Shown: piece after piece, positions 56,430-64,000 of the stretch
How the letters are laid out: each line of letters begins with the position of its first letter
How positions within the stretch are numbered: position 1 is the stretch's first letter
Source of the DNA: Takakia lepidozioides
Taxonomy: Eukaryota > Plantae > Bryophyta
Reading direction: 5' to 3'
Assembly (NCBI GenBank): GCA_030704615.1
Contig: CM060731.1
Location: forward strand, 65,286,001 to 65,350,000
DNA length: 64,000 bases
Notes under the pieces: generated by a model
Databases searched by the model: none
Told to the model about the DNA's origin: nothing
What the model saw: only the letters and a program-made list of their open reading frames with translations
Program-made: the position numbers and the translations under genes

Positions 56430-59400
56430 CTACAGTCTCATGTCCCGGCATGGAAGTCCTCTCCCCTCCACTGTGGTCTTTCTTGTGTGCATTCGCCAAC
56501 ATGCAGGTCTTGTGGCATAGCCATGGAATACATCCAGGACAGGCTCATCTTTCACAACATAGTATGGTTGGCCATGGCAGGCGCTCTGCACTTCGAGTGA
56601 AACAATTTTGCATATTTCCCTCTTCTTCATGATAGCCTCATTCACCGGAAACCAATGCTCGTTCAGCTGCAGAAACAAACCCAGTGGACAAGGGTACTGT
56701 TTACTCAAAAGTAATGAGCATGTGATTAAGTGCAAGCCAGTAGGAAAGAGAACAAATGCAGATGAAAAGTGAGAAACGTACCGGCCCAACACCTCCTGCT
56801 CGTGGTTGTACAAATGTTTGATTCAAGTAAACATCTATGTAATGTGCCGTAAAGCAACCACACTCCCAAGTAGAGACCTGTTGGGGGACAGGGGGATACA
56901 ACCACAGGCGGGGGGCAGTGGCGTTCTTCCATTGGAGGCTCGGGGGTAGAAATCCTCTGGAAAGTGCCCAGAAATGTGCAAACAAAGGCTTCAGCATACT
57001 ATGAGTATGTGACCTTTTGACACTATTTAAATGGAGGTACCGCTTCCCTTCCAGAATGACGGCACTCCAGTGCGATCTGCACATGACAATTGCAAACAGC
57101 GGCATTAGAACATGAATGCACTCATAACTGAGAATACAACACCGATGTGTGATATAGGGTAGCATGCAGCAGAGTACGTACGCATATATAACAGGAATAT
57201 TCATGGCCTCCACCCCATCACATTGAAGGTAAGGAAAGCGTTCTTGCATCCACTGTAGAATAGAATGAGCGCCCACACCGGATTCCTTGTAGTGGTCACG
57301 AAGGCATATCCAGGTAAAACTGTCAAGAAGACGTATCTTATTTCTTACATGGACGGGAAGAGACAATAATTTCATTCGCAAATAGAAATCCATGACTCTG
57401 TCACTTGTCCACCCCTTGGGGTTAATCAGGAGATCTGCGTCGTCTAGTCTAAGGGCGATATTGGGGGCTACACAGTTATGGAAAAACCAGACGTTTGATG
57501 TCTGTTTTACTTCTGCACCAGCTGATATCCTGGAGACATACACTCTGTGGACTGTGCGCCATGAAACAATATCCACACACGCACTCGTTGATGCTCCCAT
57601 AGTGTCCACCTCACTGCCACAGACACATGTCAATGTTGGCCAAGGCAGAGCTTTGGGTGAAGGAGCTCCGAGGGCGTTCGTTCCTCCAAAACCGAGCAAA
57701 GGGTTCGCATGTTGTACAGGGGGTCTGGACGACACCATTCGTGTTACTGCAGGCACCATAACAGGCACAGCGAAGCGTTTGACATGCATGTGTAGCGTTG
57801 TTGGGCGCATGCACTGCAGGCAAGTGCACCTGTTCAGTCACAACCTCGCTTGAATGCAATTCAATTTCCATTTGAGTAAGAGCACCTGGTTCAGTGGCAT
57901 TAATGCCAAGGAGGGTAAGGTCTGTGGCGGCGGTGTCATGGTTACACAGATGACCGTCATGTTTACACAGATGACCGTCATGTACATGGTCGGGCTTCGC
58001 TGCATCATCGGCCCCAATGCGTTCATGTGCAAGCTTCCCTTCCACTCCAGGTGTGGGCTCAGCGTCTTGCAACAACTCTGTTGGTGACCCGAACATCAGA
58101 GAAGTAGGCGTGACTGGAAGGGGCTGATTGTGAGCACGCTGCACGACACCACAATCTACTTCATGAGGAGGCAAAGCCTGAGGGGGTGTTGTGACTTCAC
58201 CATACTGGAAGTCAAAACCGTTCATTCAAGAATGATCGAGGTTGCGTCTAATATCCCCCACCTGCTGCACATCAGCAATTGCAGCCATGTACGCAGCCTG
58301 CAATGCTTCATTCCCATGGTCCACATTACCTACAAAATGAACAAAACAAACAATGAGTATAATGGCTCTATGTAAACAATGCACGACATGATGATGCAAG
58401 GCAAATGCATTCAGGCAAAGATGGGAACAATATCACCTTCCGCACCGAAAATCCAGCCCATGTCAATGTCTTCACGGTGTTTTCAGGGTATTCTGGAAGT
58501 TCCTGATTGCTTCATGTCTCTCAGAAAGGGTGCTTGTGTCAATACACCACAACGTGTCAAAACCCTTTGGATTGCAGATGGCAAAATCCCCCAAAGCTCT
58601 CCATCGAGTCATGTCTATGAATTCTTGCATATCCTTGTTCACACCATCTGCCCGGCTCGGGTCGGAATGCAACAAGTCCTCCACGCATCTTTTCGTCTCA
58701 TGCATCAGATTAATTGGCAGGTATGCAAACAGGCAGGGGCCAACCAACAGGAAATTAGCTGACGCATGCTTGAGCATGGAATTGCCCTCTGGCGTTCCAA
58801 CAAGTTGAACCATGACATCATGCAACAATGTGTTTGTCGATGAAGAAACTGCATCAGTGCTACTGGCATATGACATCCAGATAGTCCTCAACACCTGCAA
58901 AATCAGCGGGCATTTCATAGGGGGCCCTGCCTTGCGGTACGATGTAAAGACTTCTCGTAGGAGCTTCGATTCGTCATCCGAGTGTTTGAAGAAAGTGGGT
59001 AGGGTAGCAGGCACATTTCCCTTATGAACAATGGTGTAAAGAGGGGACCAACCCCGCTGATGTGCTTCTTTTTCACGATGCCAATTGGCATCCCAGGCAG
59101 CCAACTGCTCTTGAACATACTGGTTTCTGATGGACTCCAACTCAGCGTGTCTTGCTATTTCTTTGAATTTCAAAGCTTGAGAGGGCAGACTTGTACTCAT
59201 GATAGGATGTAATGGCATTGCACTCATTGTAGACAACTCCATAGTCAAAGGCAACGCCAGGCTTCTTTGTCCAGATAGCCATGGTCTTGAAGACAACATC
59301 CTTCTCCTCCTCTGGTGCTGCATGCTGGTTCGCAGGGAAACAAGTACAAATACATTAATATAAACCACAACATTTCCAGCGATTATGTTGCATATCTGAC

Positions 59401-60483
59401 CCCAAACATGAGCATGTGTGAGTGAAATAGAAAGGGAAATGAATATGTGCATGAAGTATTGTAGTGTGAATTCACCTGTCGATTGATCCACCAGCGACCA
59501 TACGCTGCAACCAAGTTACATTCAGCAAAGCCCTCCGCGTCAACAAGGTGCCTGAGGGATTGTTGGAATTGAGGATTTTCCATGCTTGGGAAGGGTACAG
59601 GAAGCAATCCGTAGTTAAGAAGGGTGTGAAGGCCAGGACACCGAACAGGTGAAGGCTTTTTTGGAACCTCCATGGATGAAGTTAGAGATTTTTACTTGTT
59701 GGTAAAATATAAAATGGCATCCTCCCTGGAGCGAGGAAGTGGAGGATCAGGAGCTCATGCCCCACTGACCACTTTGTTGCTTGCTAACGATTTGGATGCA
59801 TGCAACTTCCCTACCTTTGAACCCCCGGCAGGAGCCCCTTTCCTAGAGTTTTCATGAGGAAGATTAGCTGATGGCAATTTTTTTCCATGGCCTGCATGAT
59901 GGGAGGAAAAACCCTTCCAAGTTTGCAAATGTAGAGCCCTCTTGCGTTTCGGCGGTTCATCAAATGTGTCATCATCGGAGTCATCTGGAAGTTGACCTGA
60001 TGTGGGATGTGTCTGATAGGAAGCGTCGTCGGCATCTGATGACAAGTCCTGGACTACTTGACTCTGCGACCTCATGGACCTCCTTCCTAATTTCCGCTGG
60101 AGATGCTCCATTTCTTGGGACACGTCCGCCTGGGAGGCCTGGCCCTTCTTCTTATTTGTGGTTTTGCGAGGTGGCATATGTCCATGGCGCCTGAGGACAT
60201 CTTCCATAATACCCTTCTGGCTTGGTTAAAAAACAGGGAACATTTTGAGGACACCTTCACCTTCCCCATGCTTCATACAACCATCCATCCTATGCAAGTT
60301 CAGTTTCTTTTTATCGGCAAAAAGCAGATCACAGTGTATGCATCTGTATTGTCGTCTATTAGACGCACCAGGTTCATGGACCCTTGCCCTTGTGTAGGCC
60401 TCGCATATGAGGGACTCGAATTCATCAGTATCATATGTCTCGCGGTATTCATTCCGGTTCTCTATCATTTTGCTCTCCTTCAT
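56430..60483 (-). pseudogene. MULE-borne multi-exon gene with N-terminal Zn-finger-like motif and C-terminal Ulp1-like (C48) protease domain
   Basis: YRCIHC...LNLH near 60330; GWTSDRVMDFYL, LLDSF, IPV, SHWSAVI, LNS, PQQ...ECG at 56780-57440. Exon boundaries approximate. Confidence 0.7.
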
Positions 60484-62100
60484 CGTGAAATTGCAGCGCC
60501 AACGTGCAAACCTACATAGACAATGCCTAGCATAAATCCATAGCAACGATACTTTTTTGAACCCTGAAATTGCATGCATGAGCATTGAACCCCCTAAAAC
60601 CTCTAACAATGGAGTGCATGAGCCTAAACCCTAAACCCTAAACACCAAAACAAAATGAAAGGACTTCAGATAATATGAAATATCTCCGTATGGAGAGTGT
60701 TCATGGCCGCATATGTGCACGTCCCTGCAGCTCGCAACTAAACTATGGAAACAACACTTTATCCGGGTCTGCTCTTTCAAATACCAAGCAAATAAAACAT
60801 GCAATAAGTTGCCCTCACCTACAATTTTTGTAACACACAAAAGTAACAAGCGTCTTACCCTAAACTCCATATGAAACAAAGTGTTCACCTCAGCTTCATG
60901 TCAATGCTTGCATGAAGTGCACATAAGTACCAGACAGCCCCACTTTTGCAGTTTCCTAAGTACTGTAGTGAGAAAGCGATACAGGAACACGGGTAGTGTG
61001 CATTAAGGCTAGCACATACGTACTTCTCTAGTTCACTCATTTACCACTGCTATTGCCCTGATTGATCTGTTCCCTCTTTTTCAATATCTGTACTTCTGGA
61101 ATGTCCCACATTTCTGAACCTATGCATACAGTATATATGAAAGTACCCACACAGAAGGGAACCTGCGAAGATGATTGGGTTTCGGATGCTCGATGCAGAA
61201 CTCATTCATCCGCAAGGTAAATCCTGGGAGAAGAGCACAATGACAATCCGGATAACACAGAAGAGCAAGATTGAGGTTGTGGAGCGATAATAAGGACCTG
61301 CACGCAATTCAGATTTGGAGCGGAAGCGGTGCAACCATTGAAGACGACCACAACATCCTGCTTCGTATGCTGATTCTCCATTCCTATCCACAAACTCGAC
61401 TTGCATGACGGGACGCGGTACGCCAACGCCATCAAACGCAACGATAGCGACATTTCGCGATGCCTGCCAACAAGGCAACATCCCGTCTCATCTGGTACGT
61501 CTATTCCACCTATCCTCATCATTTTACATGCAATGCCATACCATGTATGCAATGGACGCAAGCATGTGGCATGGGGAGGATGAAGGCATGCAGGGGGGAT
61601 GGGGGACGATGCCATGCATGAGGTGAGGATGGGAGGCGGGATGGGGATGGGTGAGAGGACATGTGTCATGTCCTGGCAGAGGGTACATGAGGCGCGGGAG
61701 GGGCTGCCACACGGCAAGTGCCGCGGGCGGCGGACAGGGGGTGGGCGGGGGGTCCACGCTGGCTGAACCGGCTCCCTCGCATTCAACTCCAGGCCCCATC
61801 TATTACTTGGAATTCATTCATCAGGCCAATTTTTCATCCCACACATCCATTCCCTTTTTCATTCATCCCATATTCATTCATCCATCAACTTTTCATCGCA
61901 CATTCGTGCCACATTGTGGTCATGGAGCCTGTCTGTCTTCGGTCCGATGGAGCAGAGTTTGTGTCGTTGCATTGGAGTTCGCGTCCACGGCAATAGGCCC
62001 ACTTGTTCCCTCGGTTTTAGGGTCCGCATCAGTAGTCTGCTCGCGCTTCGGGGAATCTACTCATGCATAAAGGAATCTGCTCACGCCTTTGCTGCCCTCT

Positions 62101-62830
62101 CATGTGTGCAGTTACAGTTCAGCCAATTTGCATCTCACTGCAACCACATCAGACTGGTCAAGTTATAGAATCGCCTTAGACAATTGTACACCTTTGTATT
62201 GAAGACTTAAGGGATCTATGTGAAGTATCCCATGCCTACTTTTCAAATATATCAATATAATTGAACACTGATGTTTGTACAAGGTCCACCCAAAAATTGA
62301 GAAGGTGTACCACACCTGAAGACTTGAGGGATCTGGGTGGAGTCTCTCAGGTCTACTTTTCAAATATGTCATATAACTGAACACTGTGTGTACAAGGTCC
62401 ACCCAAAAATAGGGAAGGTGTATCACACCAGAATCATATGATCTCTAGGGATTTTGTCATCTTTATCAAGTCAGAACGATGTATATAAAATGTGAATTAT
62501 AATAGAGAAACCTCGTTAGATTATACCTTGTTAGATGAGAGGCTTGAATCTTTGCCGTATTCTTTTCACCGAGCAAAGATTGCTGTGGGTAGGAGATGGC
62601 AGTTTGGGTCATTTTTAGGGGTTTGCGTGCAGTATGATACCTCCAAGTTTTCTCTCTGCGCCCAAGACTCCGTATAACGGTCATAGGGTGTTTTACCCTA
62701 CCAAGACAATAACGATCTGCACAAAACAGGAAGAAGAGAAATTTGTGGTATTGAGGTGGAAAGATGAGCAAGATGAGCAAGTAAATGAGGACGATGCCTA
62801 TAACCTCTTTGTCCTGCAACATGCTCAGGT
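62101..62830. repeat. Rearranged duplicate of the PLATZ 3' region
   Basis: 62101-62672 matches ~24715-25310 directly; 62705-62828 is an inverted copy of ~25530-25650 (KFVVLRWKDEQDEQV.EDDA.NLF.LQHAQ). Confidence 0.8.
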
Positions 62831-64000
62831 CGCCATCGATTCATCCTAAGAAGGTAGGCCACACTGCAACTTGGACTGGGGGATGGTAGGTGTCCAAATC
62901 CACAGTTTTCCCTTCAAAGGTTCCGTTGTTTCCGCACATCACAACATTGTCAAAATTATATGGATGTTCGTGTCCGTAAGCTGCCACAAAAAAAACACAA
63001 ACCATGGGACTAGTCTCAGTCAACATAAATCAGAGCGTGTGAATCAATTAGTGATGAGCCTCAATAGCAAACTAGTAATTTTATAAAAATAAACATAATA
63101 TTGTAATAATCAACAGAAAACAAAATTGGCTTTTAATTAGAAACGATCTTACCATCTTGTTCTGGACTTTTGAAAATGTCTCTACTAAACTAAATGGCTG
63201 AGCACTTTGTTAAAAATAAAAAATAAAAAATGTCGAAGTTGATGTTATAATAATGACCAAACTGAATTGTAATGCCTAGCAATCATTGACGCAAGTCTTT
63301 AATCATACTTTTCAATCCGCTGTTTGTGTGGGATCAAACATCCATACTAGTCTCTTGAAACATTGTCAGTGCCAAGGAAAAAAAAAAAAAAAAGCATTAT
63401 AAACAGTTGCGGCCTCACTAAAATGGAAAAAGATTTGACAACACAGATACGAAAAGTATGCTAGATGGGTTTGGGTGCTCAGGAACTTAGCCAATAATGA
63501 TCGTTTCAAAAAAGAACTTTTTGTTGAATTTTGGCAGTGTCCGAGGCAGGAGAGAGAGAGAGCCCGAGGGAGGGTAGGGTATTGGGAATTGCAAACCATT
63601 TCAACAAAGTATATTTCTGTAGAAAGGGTTGCATATGTAGCAGAGGTCTGAACGCTGCTAATTTCAGCCGGGTGTGGTATGTATATTTGTTCATAGGCAA
63701 CATGCTGGTGCCCCATTGAACTATCTGCAGGGGCTGTGGTTCTGGAAGGGAGAAAATGAAAGAGACTAGATTTTGTGTAATGAATATAGATAATTCCAAC
63801 CCTCTCCTTCTCCTCCTCCTCTGTTGTTTCTTTGGTGGAACGACGACCTATCATGGCTTTGATTGGTTTGACATCTTTTCTTTTGCGAACTTTACAGCAG
63901 GGGTTGCCTAAGACACAGCTACCTGCGATGCTATATGCTCTTCTTGCTCCAAATCATTGAGAGGAAGCTCGAGGGAGACCCCTTGAAAAATACACATATG

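Larger units (their letters stand above)
51258..61811. mobile_element. Mutator-like (MULE) element, 10.5 kb
   Basis: ~280-bp TIRs (51258-~51537, ~61538-61811); perfect 9-bp TSD attcattca (51249-51257, 61812-61820). Confidence 0.92.

Noticed and set aside
63366-63854. 162-aa ORF near the window end
   Set aside because: Low-complexity sequence including a poly-A run and GA repeats, with no recognisable domain; may be promoter or UTR of a gene outside the window.

Overview
Eukaryotic land-plant nuclear DNA, probably a bryophyte (inferred from intron style and transposon content). Bases 111-23597 (+) hold a 29-exon, ~1062-aa 2-oxoglutarate dehydrogenase E1 (OGDH)-family gene, reconstructed by hand with GT-AG introns and consistent phases. 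Its most striking feature is a calmodulin-like EF-hand pair (~65-70 aa, exons 21-23) inserted just after the [14 protein letters not shown] motif; the reading frame requires exon 22. The introns are packed with two families of RTE/RTEX-like LINE pieces, including 30-40 bp 'tail-only' insertions with perfect target-site duplications (TSDs), plus a MITE and a 364-bp TRIM whose LTRs each contain a tRNA-like Pol III cassette. Downstream are a PLATZ pseudogene, scrambled duplicates of OGDH segments, a Ty3/gypsy chromovirus (37128-44096), and the right half of a CACTA element whose TnpA-like gene appears to contain an FCP1/NIF-type HAD domain. These are followed by a gag-like remnant and a 10.5-kb Mutator-like element (51258-61811, 9-bp TSD) carrying a transposase with an internal inversion and a Ulp1-like protease gene. 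Many single-base frameshifts in the 34-48 kb region could be assembly errors.
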